Below, in pieces: positions 45,919 through 56,039 of a DNA stretch of 64,000 bases (the stretch's first letter is position 1; each line of letters begins with the position of its first letter). The translations under genes were made by a program, and so were the position numbers. The notes beneath the pieces were generated by a model. It worked only from the letters and a program-made list of their open reading frames with translations, was not told where the DNA came from and made no database searches. The DNA is taken from assembly GCA_016871445.1 (NCBI GenBank), contig VHDH01000006.1, positions 6,913 through 70,912 on the forward strand, given 5' to 3'. The stretch comes from Verrucomicrobiota bacterium. GTDB lineage: Bacteria > Verrucomicrobiota > Verrucomicrobiia > Limisphaerales > SXTU01.

Positions 45919-47238
45919 TCAGGCGGCCGGCGGGCTGGCCGGGACTTCCTCAACGTTGGCCTGAAGCTGGAGGAAATCCAAAACCTTGCCGACAAGGATC
46001 TGCTCATGGATTTCGCCGAAGCCATTGCGCTCTTCGAGTTGCTTGATGAGCTTCTGAATGGGCATCTGGTATTGCTGCGCCATTGCTTGGACACGTTCCA
46101 AAATCTCCTGTTGCTCGACTTTCACACCTTCTTTCTCTGCGATTCGGTTTAGAAGGAACATAGCCTTGACGCGGTCCTTGGCGTTGGCGTTGGCATTGGC
46201 GAAGATGGCGTCTTTCTGCTGCTCGATGGCCTCCTTGGGAATGCCGCGCTGCTGGTTTTCCTGGACGATGTTATAAACAACGCTGCGAGTCTCCTGAAGG
46301 ACGATGGACTCGGGGAGATCGAAGTTTACCTTGCCCAGCAATGCCTGAATGATCTGATCGCGCACAGCCCGGCTGGCCTTGGTATTACGGTCGACTTCAA
46401 GGTCGGTCTTAATGCCGGACCGGAGCTTCTCAAGGTTCTCGGCCCCAAAGCTCTTGGCGAACTCGTCGTTCACCTCCGGCAACAAGCGCTCCTTGACCTG
46501 CACCAGTTCGACTTCATACACGCCTTTCTTGCCGACGAGCTGCGCGGCGACAAAGTCTTGCGGAAAATCCACATTCACGGTGCGCTTCTCGGCCGCATTC
46601 ATGCCATGGAGCTGCTCGGTAAAGCCGGGAATGAATTGGCCGGCTTCACAGCGGATCCAAAACGCCTTCTGCTCGGTGAGGCCGCGCGCGGTCGGGGCGG
46701 TATCAGTGATGGGCTTACCGTCGCAGGTGCCGGTGTAGTTGACCACGGCAACGTCACCGGCGGCGAGCGGCCGGGTCACGTCTTTGTAATCGGTGCGCTG
46801 CTCGCGCAGCACGTTAATCGCTCGCTCCACATCGGCTTCGCCAATGACAACGGCCTCGCGCTTAACAGCCAGGCCCTTGTATTCGGGCAACTCGAACTCT
46901 GGCTGTGTCTCAACCGTGGCGGCGAATTGCAGAGTTTGGCCGCGACCAAACTGGATCTCCTCAATGTCGGGATAGACGGCAGCGCGAATTTTCTGCTGTT
47001 CTAGCGCCTTCTGGTAAGACTCGGGAATGAGCTTGCGCTTGACCTCCTCGTCGATGCGCGGGCCAAAATTCTTGAGGACCAAATCGCGCGGTGCCTTGCC
47101 GGGTCGGAAGCCGGGAAGCTGCGCGTGGCGCTGAAATTCCTTGGTGACGGAGTCAAAGGCGGCGTCCACAGCGGCAACGTCTAGTTCGACGCGGAGAAGC
47201 TTCTTGCAGGGACCGAGTGGTTCAACGGTTACGTTCAC
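45919..47238 (-). CDS. tig: Trigger factor (ribosome-associated chaperone / PPIase)
   Basis: NVTVEPLGPCKKLLRVELD, LPGFRPGKAPRDLV (the GFRxGxxP ribosome-binding motif), a middle FKBP-like domain, and a C-terminal helical arm. The ORF track opens at 47310. I prefer the GTG at 47238, which gives the usual M-NVTVE N-terminus. Start uncertain. Confidence 0.92.
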   Translation of the reverse strand: MNVTVEPLGPCKKLLRVELDVAAVDAAFDSVTKEFQRHAQLPGFRPGKAPRDLVLKNFGPRIDEEVKRKLIPESYQKALEQQKIRAAVYPDIEEIQFGRGQTLQFAATVETQPEFELPEYKGLAVKREAVVIGEADVERAINVLREQRTDYKDVTRPLAAGDVAVVNYTGTCDGKPITDTAPTARGLTEQKAFWIRCEAGQFIPGFTEQLHGMNAAEKRTVNVDFPQDFVAAQLVGKKGVYEVELVQVKERLLPEVNDEFAKSFGAENLEKLRSGIKTDLEVDRNTKASRAVRDQIIQALLGKVNFDLPESIVLQETRSVVYNIVQENQQRGIPKEAIEQQKDAIFANANANAKDRVKAMFLLNRIAEKEGVKVEQQEILERVQAMAQQYQMPIQKLIKQLEERNGFGEIHEQILVGKVLDFLQLQANVEEVPASPPAA

Positions 47239-47424
47239 GATAATTTTTCTAGGTTCAACACTTCGCCTCGCGCCGCCGACACCAGCGCCCGCAGGCAAGT
47301 CAAAGAACATGACCCTACGAACCTGCCACTAACCCGTCAAGTACCAGCCCGCACTGCGACGTCATGCGGTGCGGCGGGCGATGGGTTGGTTGACGATGCC
47401 CCATACTTGGTCTTAAATAGGGAG

Positions 47425-48303
47425 ATGCAATTATCAAGCCTCAGGGTGTTCTGCGACCTCAGCGAGACGGAGAGCTTCACCAAGGCCGCCCAGATCAACA
47501 GCGTCACCCAGTCCGCCGTCAGCCAGCAGATCAGTGCGTTGGAACGTCAGTTCAAAGCCATGCTTATCGAGCGGAGCAAAAAAAAGTTCCGCCTCACTCG
47601 CGAAGGCGAGATCCTCTACGAGTACAGCAAGCGGATCTGCTGCACCTACGACGAGCTCAGGAATAAGCTTCAAGAAGTCCGCGATATCGTATCCGGCAGC
47701 ATCCGGGTGGCGACCATCTACAGCATCGGGTTGCACGACCTACCACCTTACATAAAAAAATTCCTCAAGGCCTACCCTACGGTGAAGATTCACGTCGAGT
47801 ACCGCCGCGCCAATCAGGTATATGAAGACGTGCTTGGTAACGTGGTGGATCTTGGCCTCGTCGCTTATCCGAACAAGGATCCGCGCCTTGAACTCGTCCT
47901 GCTGCGTAAGGACCGTATGGTCTTGGTGTGCCATCCGCAGCACTCGTTTGCCCGGCTGAAAACCATTCCTGTCGCCGCGCTGGCCGGCCAGAAGTTCATC
48001 AGCTTCGAGCCGGATATTCCGACGCGGAAAGCAATAGACCGTATTTTCCGCGACCACGGCATTGCCGTACAGACCGTAATGGAGTTCGACAACGTGGAGA
48101 CCGTGAAGCGCGCCGTGGAGATTGACGCTGGCGTATCCATCTTGCCGCAGACAACCATCGCGCAGGAAGTTTCTAAGGCAACGCTCGCGCAAGTCCCCTT
48201 CGAGGGCGAGGAGTTCCACCGTCCGTTGGCCGCACTGTTCAAGAAGAACAAGGTGCTGTCCCCAGCGATGAAGCAATTCCTCGCCATCGTAAAAGAGGCT
48301 TGA
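47425..48303 (+). CDS. LysR family transcriptional regulator
   Basis: MQLSSLRVFCDLSETESFTKAAQINSVTQSAVSQQISALERQF (HTH), followed by a periplasmic-binding-like effector domain. Divergent from tig. Confidence 0.9.
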   Translation: MQLSSLRVFCDLSETESFTKAAQINSVTQSAVSQQISALERQFKAMLIERSKKKFRLTREGEILYEYSKRICCTYDELRNKLQEVRDIVSGSIRVATIYSIGLHDLPPYIKKFLKAYPTVKIHVEYRRANQVYEDVLGNVVDLGLVAYPNKDPRLELVLLRKDRMVLVCHPQHSFARLKTIPVAALAGQKFISFEPDIPTRKAIDRIFRDHGIAVQTVMEFDNVETVKRAVEIDAGVSILPQTTIAQEVSKATLAQVPFEGEEFHRPLAALFKKNKVLSPAMKQFLAIVKEA

Positions 48304-48351
48304 CGGTAAACGTGGCTTGCCCGCCCGCGCCTTCTTCGCTATCCGAGGGGC

Positions 48352-49458
48352 ATGACCTCCAAGGAAGCGTTCATTGCTCTAAACCTCATTGAGCACGTAG
48401 GGCCGGTGCGCGTCCGGCAACTGCTCGACCACTTCGGCGACGCGCCCAGTATCCTTCGCGCGAGTAAGCCACAGCTTTTGCAAGTGCGCGGCATTGGCGA
48501 AGACACAGCGAACGCGATTTGCGGCTGGGAAAGCGGTGTAGATCTCAGCGGCGAGTTGAAGCGCATCACCGATTTTGGCTGCCACGTGCTGACACAAGCG
48601 GACACCGAGTATCCCGAGCTGCTGCGCCAAATCTACGACCCGCCCATCGTGCTGTACGTAAAGGGCACGCTCACCGCGCAAGACAAGAACGCCGTCGCGC
48701 TCGTCGGTTCCCGGCAAACCACTAGCTACGGCACAGAGACCGCGCGCAAGTTTGCCTACCAACTGGCCTACATCGGCGTGACCGTCGTGAGCGGAGGGGC
48801 GCGGGGCATCGACACGGCGGCGCACCAAGGTGCACTTGCGGGAAAGGGCCGCACCGTCGCGGTGTTGGGCACCGGGATTAATATCGTCTTCCCCCCGGAG
48901 AACGCGGAGCTGTTTGAGCGCATCGCCGCGAGCGGGGCTATTATTACCCAGTTTCCCTTCAACCGCCCGGCCGACAAGCAGTCCTTCCCCATCCGCAACC
49001 GCATCGTCGCGGGCATGACGCTGGGCACGGTCGTCGTCGAAGCGAACCTCACCAGCGGCGCACTTATCACGGCAAACCTCGCGACCGACTACGGCCGGCA
49101 GGTCTTCGCCGTTCCCGGCCGCGTGGACTCGCCGCGCAGCAAGGGCTGCCACGACCTCATCAAGAAGGGCGCGAAGCTCTGCGAGGGCGCGGACGACATC
49201 CTGAGTGAGTTTGAGTATCTGTTCCCTGCCTCAAACAAACCCGCCTCGCCCGCCGAGACCGGCGTGCTCCCCGCGCTCTCGCTCTCAGAGAACGAAACCA
49301 AAATCCTCGCCGCCGTGAGCGAAGACGAGACGCACATTGACGAAGTCATTCGCGCCAGCGGCCTGCCCGCGTCCGCCGTCTCCGTCGGGCTGCTCGGCTT
49401 GGAAATGAAACGCATGGTGCGGCAACTGCCGGGCAAGCTATTCGTCCGCGTGCGCTGA
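48352..49458 (+). CDS. dprA: DNA-processing protein DprA (Smf)
   Basis: YPELLRQIYDPPIVLYVKG, VALVGSRQTTSYG, VSGGARGIDTAAHQGAL, TVAVLGTGINIVFPPEN, and a C-terminal winged-helix-like tail. Confidence 0.92.
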   Translation: MTSKEAFIALNLIEHVGPVRVRQLLDHFGDAPSILRASKPQLLQVRGIGEDTANAICGWESGVDLSGELKRITDFGCHVLTQADTEYPELLRQIYDPPIVLYVKGTLTAQDKNAVALVGSRQTTSYGTETARKFAYQLAYIGVTVVSGGARGIDTAAHQGALAGKGRTVAVLGTGINIVFPPENAELFERIAASGAIITQFPFNRPADKQSFPIRNRIVAGMTLGTVVVEANLTSGALITANLATDYGRQVFAVPGRVDSPRSKGCHDLIKKGAKLCEGADDILSEFEYLFPASNKPASPAETGVLPALSLSENETKILAAVSEDETHIDEVIRASGLPASAVSVGLLGLEMKRMVRQLPGKLFVRVR

Positions 49459-49557
49459 AACTGAACGCGTAAACGGCATAACAACACGCTTACTCCATTC
49501 TCGCCTAACCTCGGTGCAGCGTTGCCCCCGCGGGCTTCTCTTGCCACAATCGCCACC

Positions 49558-50325
49558 ATGTTTTCACTGAAAGACAAAATCACTCTCGTCACCGGCGCAG
49601 GCTCCGGCATCGGCGCGGCCATCGCAGAAACTTTCGCTAAGGCCGGCGGTTTCGTCTTCGTCACCGACCGCGATGAAAAGACTGGTTCCGGCACGGTAAA
49701 CACTATTCGCGCAGCGGGCGGGCAGACCGAGTTCCTCGCGCTCGACGTGAGCAGCGAGGCCGACTGCGAACGCGTGGGTAAGGCGGTGAAATCCCGCTTC
49801 GGCCGGCTCGATGTGCTGGTGAACAACGCGGGCATTGGCCACGTGGGCACCATGCTCACCACCACCGGCGCGGACCTCGACCGCCTCTGGGCCGTCAACG
49901 TGCGCGGCGGCTTCAATGTCACTAAGGTTTTCCTGCCCGGCATGGTAGAGCGTAAATCCGGCAGCATCGTGAACATCGCGAGCATCGGCGCGGTGGTCGG
50001 CGTGAAGGATCGGCTCGCCTACGTCACCACAAAGTTTGCCATCGCCGGCATGACCAAGGCGCTTGCGCTCGACCACGCGCTCGACGGCGTGCGCGCCAAC
50101 GCGATCTGCCCCGGCCGCGTGGAGACGCCCTTCGTCACCGGCTGGCTGAAGAAATATCCCGACCCCGAGAAAGCCTATCGCGACGCCTGCGCCACGCAGG
50201 CCGTGAACCGCATGGGCAAGCCCGAGGAAATCGCCGCCGCCGCCCTCTACCTTGCCAGCGACGAGGCCGGCTTCGTCACCGGCACGGAGTTCATTATCGA
50301 CGGCGGTTTCAGTGCGGGAAAATGA
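49558..50325 (+). CDS. Short-chain dehydrogenase/reductase (SDR) family oxidoreductase
   Basis: KITLVTGAGSGIGAAIA (TGxxxGxG), LVNNAGI, SIVNIASIGA, YVTTKFAIAGMTKALA (YxxxK). The ORF track opens at 49522; I prefer the ATG at 49558. Confidence 0.9.
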   Translation: MFSLKDKITLVTGAGSGIGAAIAETFAKAGGFVFVTDRDEKTGSGTVNTIRAAGGQTEFLALDVSSEADCERVGKAVKSRFGRLDVLVNNAGIGHVGTMLTTTGADLDRLWAVNVRGGFNVTKVFLPGMVERKSGSIVNIASIGAVVGVKDRLAYVTTKFAIAGMTKALALDHALDGVRANAICPGRVETPFVTGWLKKYPDPEKAYRDACATQAVNRMGKPEEIAAAALYLASDEAGFVTGTEFIIDGGFSAGK

Positions 50326-50379
50326 TGAGTTGAAAACCAACGGCGGGCGTCAATAGCTTCGTTCAACGCCAACTACGAG

Positions 50380-51825
50380 ATGACCTCGTCACCCACGCAC
50401 CCCGTTCACCCGGGCACCTCGCGCCGCGCAGCGGTACAGGCGGGCGCGGTCGGCCTGCTTGGTCTCGGGATGAACCATCTGAACTGGCTCCAGGCGGCAG
50501 GCGGAGCCGGCGGAAGCGAGCGCGCCAAGTCGGTCATTTACATCTTTCTCTCAGGCGGGTTGGCACAGCACGAGAGTTTCGACCTGAAGCCCGATGCGCC
50601 GTCCGATATTCGCGGCGAGTTTAAGCCCATCCCCACGCGCACCCCGGGCCTGCATATTTGCGAGCACTTGCCGGAGTTGGCAAAGCGCAGCGAGCAATGG
50701 GCGCTCTGCCGCTCCCTGACGCACTCGTCCAACGACCATTCCGCCGGCCACCACATCATGCTCACAGGCCGTTCGGACATTCCGCCGGGCTTCAATCCAA
50801 GCTTGCCGAAGGAATCTGACTGGCCGTCGATTACCGCGCTGGCGGGCGCACGCTTCGCCCCGCAGAACAACCTGCCGCCAGCCATCAGCCTGCCAGAGAA
50901 ACTTGTTCACCGTACTGGACGCGTAATTCCTGGGCAGTTCGCGGGCGTCGCCGGCAAGCGCCGTGAGCCGTGGTTCCTCGACTGTGCGCCTTACAACGCG
51001 GCCAACTACGGCGCTTTTCCCGAATACCTTTTTCACCACCGCGAAGGCCCCAAGGAGCAGCCGCTATATTTCCGCGCACCAAATCTGGCTTTGCCCGAAT
51101 GGCTTTCCGGCGGCCGCCTCCATGACCGGCTGTCGTTGTCAAAAGAGCTGAACGGCCAGCGTGCACAACTTGCCAGCTTAGGCGAGTCCGGCGGACATGA
51201 CCGCTATTGGGAAATGGCGACCTCGCTGCTGACCGACGGTAAAATTGCAGACGCTTTCGACGTGACCAACGCACCGCTCAAGGAGCAGGAGCGCTACGGG
51301 CGCAATTCCTTTGGCTGGTCATTGCTGCTGGCTTCGCGCCTCGTTCAGCGCGGCGTGCGGCTGGTGCAAGTCAATCTCGGCAACAACGAGACTTGGGACA
51401 CCCACGAGTCAGCGTTTCCGAATCTTAAGAACTTTCTCCTGCCGCCAACTGACCGTGCGGTATCGGCGCTGATTGATGACCTGCGCGAGCGCGGTCTGCT
51501 AGACAGCACGCTCATCGTGATGGCGGGCGAATTCGGGCGCACGCCGCGCATCTTTAGCATTGCCGGTGCCCGCTTGCCGGGCCGCGATCATTGGGGTGCG
51601 GTGCAAACGGTCTTCTTCGCCGGTGGGGGCGTACGCGGCGGCACGGTCGTTGGCTCATCCGACAAGATCGGCGGCTATCCGGCCAGTTCGCCGCAGACGC
51701 CAGAGAATTTCGCCGCGACCATTTACGACGCCTTGGGCATACCGCAGGACGCGCATTGGTTAGACGAACAGGGTCGCCCAAACCTTTTCTACCATGGCGC
51801 GCCCATCCCCGGGCTCATAGCGTAA
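50380..51825 (+). CDS. DUF1501 domain-containing protein (sulfatase-fold family typical of Planctomycetes/Verrucomicrobia) with a Tat-type signal
   Basis: SRRAAVQAGAVGLLGLG signal. IYIFLSGGLAQHESFDLKPDAP, HSSNDHSAGHH, NNETWDTHE, VMAGEFGRTP, GRDHW. No DUF1549/DUF1553 partner is adjacent. Confidence 0.85.
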   Translation: MTSSPTHPVHPGTSRRAAVQAGAVGLLGLGMNHLNWLQAAGGAGGSERAKSVIYIFLSGGLAQHESFDLKPDAPSDIRGEFKPIPTRTPGLHICEHLPELAKRSEQWALCRSLTHSSNDHSAGHHIMLTGRSDIPPGFNPSLPKESDWPSITALAGARFAPQNNLPPAISLPEKLVHRTGRVIPGQFAGVAGKRREPWFLDCAPYNAANYGAFPEYLFHHREGPKEQPLYFRAPNLALPEWLSGGRLHDRLSLSKELNGQRAQLASLGESGGHDRYWEMATSLLTDGKIADAFDVTNAPLKEQERYGRNSFGWSLLLASRLVQRGVRLVQVNLGNNETWDTHESAFPNLKNFLLPPTDRAVSALIDDLRERGLLDSTLIVMAGEFGRTPRIFSIAGARLPGRDHWGAVQTVFFAGGGVRGGTVVGSSDKIGGYPASSPQTPENFAATIYDALGIPQDAHWLDEQGRPNLFYHGAPIPGLIA

Positions 51826-52006
51826 CGCTGATTCTGGCCAGGGGTGTCGGCTCACCGGCACCGACGAGTAGTAGATAGGAATGACGGCTTACGAATTGCC
51901 AACCCGCAATCCCGGTAGCTATCAGCTGACTTAGTTTTCTTCACTGCCAGCCCCACGGTAAAATTCCCTCTGGCCCGAAAGGCAGCGCAACCGCTATTTT
52001 CCGATC

Positions 52007-52600
52007 GTGGTTTCGACGAAAGTCTACGGATTGACCGGCGGTGTGGGTATGGGCAAGAGCACCGTGGCCCAACTACTCAAACGCCGGGGCGTGCCTCTGG
52101 TGGACACGGATGAGCTTGCCCGCAAAGTCGTCGAGCCGGGCCGGCCGGCGCTCAAAGAAATTCAGGAGATGTTCGGCGCGGCGGTCATCGGCCCGGATGG
52201 CGCATTGCGGCGGGAGGAACTCGCGCGACGGGTCTTCGCTAGTGAGCTGTCGCGCAAGCAGCTTGAGACCATCCTTCACCCACGCATCCGTGCGCTCTGG
52301 CAAGCACAAGTGACCCAATGGCGTGAGGAAGGCGTGCCCCTCGGCGTGGTGGACATTCCGCTGCTCTTCGAAACCAACGCTGCGCGTTGCTTTGACAAGG
52401 TCATCTGTGTCGCCTGCTCCGGCCCGGCACAATTGCAACGGCTCGCCGCACGCGGCTGGAGCACCGAACAGATCCAGCAGCGCATCGGCGCGCAATGGTC
52501 GATCGAAAAGAAGTTAGCGCTCGCCGATTACGTGATTTGGACCGAAGGCAACCCCGACATCACAGCAGCGCAGTTGGATCGCATCCTAACACAGGCCTAA
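52007..52600 (+). CDS. coaE: Dephospho-CoA kinase
   Basis: YGLTGGVGMGKSTVAQLL (P-loop), VDTDELAR, ILHPRI, DIPLLFE. GTG start. Confidence 0.9.
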   Translation: MVSTKVYGLTGGVGMGKSTVAQLLKRRGVPLVDTDELARKVVEPGRPALKEIQEMFGAAVIGPDGALRREELARRVFASELSRKQLETILHPRIRALWQAQVTQWREEGVPLGVVDIPLLFETNAARCFDKVICVACSGPAQLQRLAARGWSTEQIQQRIGAQWSIEKKLALADYVIWTEGNPDITAAQLDRILTQA

Positions 52601-52648
52601 CGCGCCCGCCTTGCCCTGCTCTCCCCCTAAGGGCAGACTCTGCTCACC

Positions 52649-53821
52649 GTGCCCGAAACACTACGCAACTGGCTAGAGGACGCCGAAACCTTCGTGCTCG
52701 AAGTCATCTTCGAGCAGCGCAAAGGCAAGCGCGCAGCCCTATTGCGCGGCTCGCTCTTCTTGCTCTCCAAGATCTTCACCATCCTCGTAAAGCTCCGCCT
52801 TTTTCTCTATAACGTCCGCATCCTGCGCGACTCCACGCTCGGTGTGCAGGTCATTGCTGTCGGTAACGTCACTGCCGGCGGCACGGGTAAGACGCCTGTC
52901 GTCGAGAAGTTCGCACGCGAGTTGACCGACGCTGGGCGCAAGGTAGCCATCCTTTCGCGGGGCTACCGCTCCAATCCTGGCCCGCTTGGCCCACGCCTGC
53001 TTAACAAGCTCCTCCTCCGCGACGATACCACGCCACCCCGCGTCGTATCAGACGGGAAGAACCTGTTGCTCAACTCTGAAACCGCTGGCGACGAGCCCTA
53101 CATGCTGGCGAGCAACCTAAAGGATGTCGTGGTGCTGGTGGACAAGAACCGAGTGAAGGCAGGCCGCTACGCGATTGAGAAGTTTGGCTGTGACACGCTA
53201 CTGCTGGATGACGGCTATCAGTATTGGGACCTGCGGGGTCGTCGGAAGGACATCGTGCTCGTGGATTGCCAGCAGCCCTTCGGCAACGAACACCTACTGC
53301 CGCGTGGCACATTGCGCGAGCCACCGTCGCACCTCGATCGTGCCAGCGTCATCTTCCTGACAAAGAGTGACGGAGATACCGCGCGACTGCGCGCCCGCAT
53401 CACGAAGCATAACGCGCGCGCGAGCATCATCGAGTGCGTCCACCAACCGCTTTATTTCGAGGATGTATTTACCGGTGAGCGGGTGGACTTGAGCTTTCTC
53501 AAGGGCAAGCGAGTCGCCAGCTTCAGCGGTATCGCGCAGCCAGAGAGCTTCGAGAGCAGCCTTGTGAAGCAGGGCGCAGAATTAGTCTATGCCAAGCGTT
53601 TTGCCGACCACCATCGCTTCACGCAGCAGGAGGTCATCAACGCCATTAACCGGGCCAAGAAGCGCCAGGCCGAAATCATGATCACCACACAGAAGGATGC
53701 CGTGCGCTTTCCGAAGTTAGACCGCCGCGATCTACCTATCTACTTCATGCGCGTGGAAATTAAAATTCTCGCGGGTGCCAAAGACTTCCAAGACTGCGTG
53801 CGGCAGATTTGTTTCAAGTGA
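52649..53821 (+). CDS. lpxK: Tetraacyldisaccharide 4'-kinase
   Basis: VIAVGNVTAGGTGKTPVVEKFAREL, VAILSRGY, GDEPYML, LLDDGYQ, REP. GTG start. Confidence 0.9.
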   Translation: MPETLRNWLEDAETFVLEVIFEQRKGKRAALLRGSLFLLSKIFTILVKLRLFLYNVRILRDSTLGVQVIAVGNVTAGGTGKTPVVEKFARELTDAGRKVAILSRGYRSNPGPLGPRLLNKLLLRDDTTPPRVVSDGKNLLLNSETAGDEPYMLASNLKDVVVLVDKNRVKAGRYAIEKFGCDTLLLDDGYQYWDLRGRRKDIVLVDCQQPFGNEHLLPRGTLREPPSHLDRASVIFLTKSDGDTARLRARITKHNARASIIECVHQPLYFEDVFTGERVDLSFLKGKRVASFSGIAQPESFESSLVKQGAELVYAKRFADHHRFTQQEVINAINRAKKRQAEIMITTQKDAVRFPKLDRRDLPIYFMRVEIKILAGAKDFQDCVRQICFK

Positions 53822-54732
53822 TGGATACATTTCTTAGCCTCGCTGCCCGGCTCATCATCGCTTGCATACAAGCCCTGCCTCTAGGAGCTGTGGCTCGCCT
53901 TGGTCGAACCTTTGGTGCGGCGGCGTATCTGCTGGACGGACGGCATCGCGGCGTAGCGCAGCGCAACATCGCGGCTTGCTTTCCGGAGAAATCCGCCGCC
54001 GAGGTACGGGCGCTTTCGAAGGAAAACTTTAAGCGGATCGGAGAGAGCTTCGCCAGCGCAGTTAAGACGGCAAGCTTTGATGCCGACGGCATCCGCGCGG
54101 TAACGGAGTTCGTGGGCGCGGAGAAATTTCCCAAGGCGGAACCCGGGACAAAGCCTCGTAGCGTCGTATGCGCGGTCGGGCACTTCGCGAACTTCGAACT
54201 GCTCGGCCGATCAGCTCTCTGGCTAACGGGCTATCAAATCGCAACCACGTATCGCGGTCTGAAGCAGGAGGGGCTGACGCGCGTAATGCAGGAATTAAGA
54301 GAAATGTCCGGCTGTTTGTTTTTCGAGCGGCGCAAGGACACCGACGCGCTCAAGGCCGCGATGAACCAGCCGGGCATGGCGCTCGGCCTCTTCACTGATC
54401 AGCACGCCGGCGACCGCGGTGTGCGCCTCCCGTTCTTTGGCCGCGACTGCTCCACCAGCGTCGCGCCGGGCGTGCTTGCGCAGCGCTACGGCTGCCCGCT
54501 TTACACCATAATTTGCTATCGAATCGCTCCGGGCCGCTGGCGCATTGAGGTAGGCGATGAGATACCTACGCACGCAATTGGCCAGCCGCGTTCGCCCGAA
54601 GACATAGCTCGTGACGTAAACTGTGCATTCGAGGCCGCCATTCGCCGTGACCCGGCTAACTGGTTCTGGGTGCATAACCGTTGGAAGGAGGGCAAGTGGC
54701 GCAAGGTAAGGGCGGAGGAAGAGCAGGATTAA
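53821..54732 (+). CDS. lpxL: Lipid A biosynthesis (Kdo)2-lipid IVA acyltransferase family protein (LpxL/HtrB-like)
   Basis: LDGRHRGVAQRNIAACFPEKS, VCAVGHFANFELLG (the H-x4-E/D type acyltransferase box), FTDQHAG, PANWFWVHNRWK. The ATG overlaps the lpxK stop (TGATG). Paralogue assignment (LpxL/M/P) is not resolvable by eye. Confidence 0.8.
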   Translation: MDTFLSLAARLIIACIQALPLGAVARLGRTFGAAAYLLDGRHRGVAQRNIAACFPEKSAAEVRALSKENFKRIGESFASAVKTASFDADGIRAVTEFVGAEKFPKAEPGTKPRSVVCAVGHFANFELLGRSALWLTGYQIATTYRGLKQEGLTRVMQELREMSGCLFFERRKDTDALKAAMNQPGMALGLFTDQHAGDRGVRLPFFGRDCSTSVAPGVLAQRYGCPLYTIICYRIAPGRWRIEVGDEIPTHAIGQPRSPEDIARDVNCAFEAAIRRDPANWFWVHNRWKEGKWRKVRAEEEQD

Positions 54733-54838
54733 GTTTGCGATTACGAGCCAAAGTTAGATCCGCCACCAACCGTGCTTCCCCTGCTGCTTGCGCTTAATCA
54801 TAATCCTACTCTAAATCCTCCCTGCACTGCTCGATCGC

Positions 54839-56026
54839 GTGACTGCGTCACCCTTAACATCAGCCACTCCCCGCCGCCTGCTGGTGCGCGGCGTCAACTG
54901 GATTGGGGACGCTGTGATGACCACACCCGCGCTAATGCGCCTGCGCGAGGCACTGCCGAACACGCATATCACGTTGTTAACCCACGAAAAGTTAACCGGA
55001 ATTTGGCAGAGCCACCCAGCTCTGGATGAAGTTATGGCGTTCAATACACGGGAAGGCGTGTTTAGCATCGCGCGGCGCCTGCGGGAGGCGCACTTCGACA
55101 CTGCGCTCTTACTGCCCAACTCAATCCGCACCGGATTGGAGGCGCGCTTAGCGGGGATTCCCCGTCGGGTTGGCTACGCGGGGAGTGGGCGTAACTGGTT
55201 GCTCACAGATGCGGTGGCTTGGCGCACGAACGTACTCAGAATGCGGAAACGAACGGCCAAGGAGGTGCGGCGGATAATAGCGGAAACGAACAAGAGAGCA
55301 ATCGCAGGTTCGCCGCCAGCCAAGGAGCAAAATGGTCGCGGGAGCGAGGAATGCGCACCACCACAAGCGAGTCACCATGTCTTCCACTATCTCCATCTAG
55401 CAACCGTGCTGGGGGCCAAGCCTGAGCCACTTGCTCCGCTGATCGCTGTGACGGACGCCGAAGTGACGACTGTAAAGGCGAAGTTCGGTTTGCCGAGCGG
55501 CATACTCATCGGGCTAAACGCGGGCGCGGAATACGGTCCGGCCAAACGCTGGCCCGCTGAAAGATTTATTGCGGCCATGAAGGAACTCCAAGCGCGGTTA
55601 AACTGCGCTTTCGTGATCTACGGCGGCCCGGCGGACAACGCGCTTGCCACCGAGATGGTTGCCGCCTTGCCTCAGCCAACCAGCATGCAAAATTCGGCAT
55701 CAAGCATCGTGACCAACCTTGCAGGCCGCACTTCCCTCCGCGAACTGTGCGCCGCGCTGCGCGCCTGTCGCGTTGTGCTCACCAACGACACCGGCCCAAT
55801 GCATCTGGCTGCTGCCGCAGGCGCACGCGTAGTTGCCCTGTTTGGCAGCACGTCAAAAGAGTTGACTGCACCTGGCCTGCCCGGCAATGCACGGCACGTC
55901 ATTCTGCGCGGCGAAGCGGCCTGCGCACCCTGTTTTCTGCGCGAGTGTCCCGTGGATTTTCGCTGCATGAAGAGCATTACTGTGGACGATGTGGTCGCCG
56001 CCGTCCAACGAGCTGCTCAAGCCTAA
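54839..56026 (+). CDS. waaF: ADP-heptose:LPS heptosyltransferase (GT9 family, WaaF/RfaF-like) with a ~45-aa internal insertion
   Basis: RLLVRGVNWIGDAVMTTPALMRL, LLPNSIRTGL, GLNAGAEYGPAKRWP, LTNDTGPMHLAAAAG, ALFGSTS. Between LLTDAV and HHVFHYLHL sits a basic, low-complexity insert that is absent from E. coli RfaF as I recall it. Confidence 0.85.
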   Translation: MTASPLTSATPRRLLVRGVNWIGDAVMTTPALMRLREALPNTHITLLTHEKLTGIWQSHPALDEVMAFNTREGVFSIARRLREAHFDTALLLPNSIRTGLEARLAGIPRRVGYAGSGRNWLLTDAVAWRTNVLRMRKRTAKEVRRIIAETNKRAIAGSPPAKEQNGRGSEECAPPQASHHVFHYLHLATVLGAKPEPLAPLIAVTDAEVTTVKAKFGLPSGILIGLNAGAEYGPAKRWPAERFIAAMKELQARLNCAFVIYGGPADNALATEMVAALPQPTSMQNSASSIVTNLAGRTSLRELCAALRACRVVLTNDTGPMHLAAAAGARVVALFGSTSKELTAPGLPGNARHVILRGEAACAPCFLRECPVDFRCMKSITVDDVVAAVQRAAQA

Positions 56027-56039
56027 ACGCATTGTCCTG

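Noticed and set aside
49089-50340. Long minus-strand ORFs (298 aa at 49089..49985 and 258 aa at 49564..50340) over the dprA end and the SDR gene
   Set aside because: They are antisense to dprA and SDR, both with canonical motifs. The Ser/Arg/Pro/Ala-rich translations are typical artefacts.
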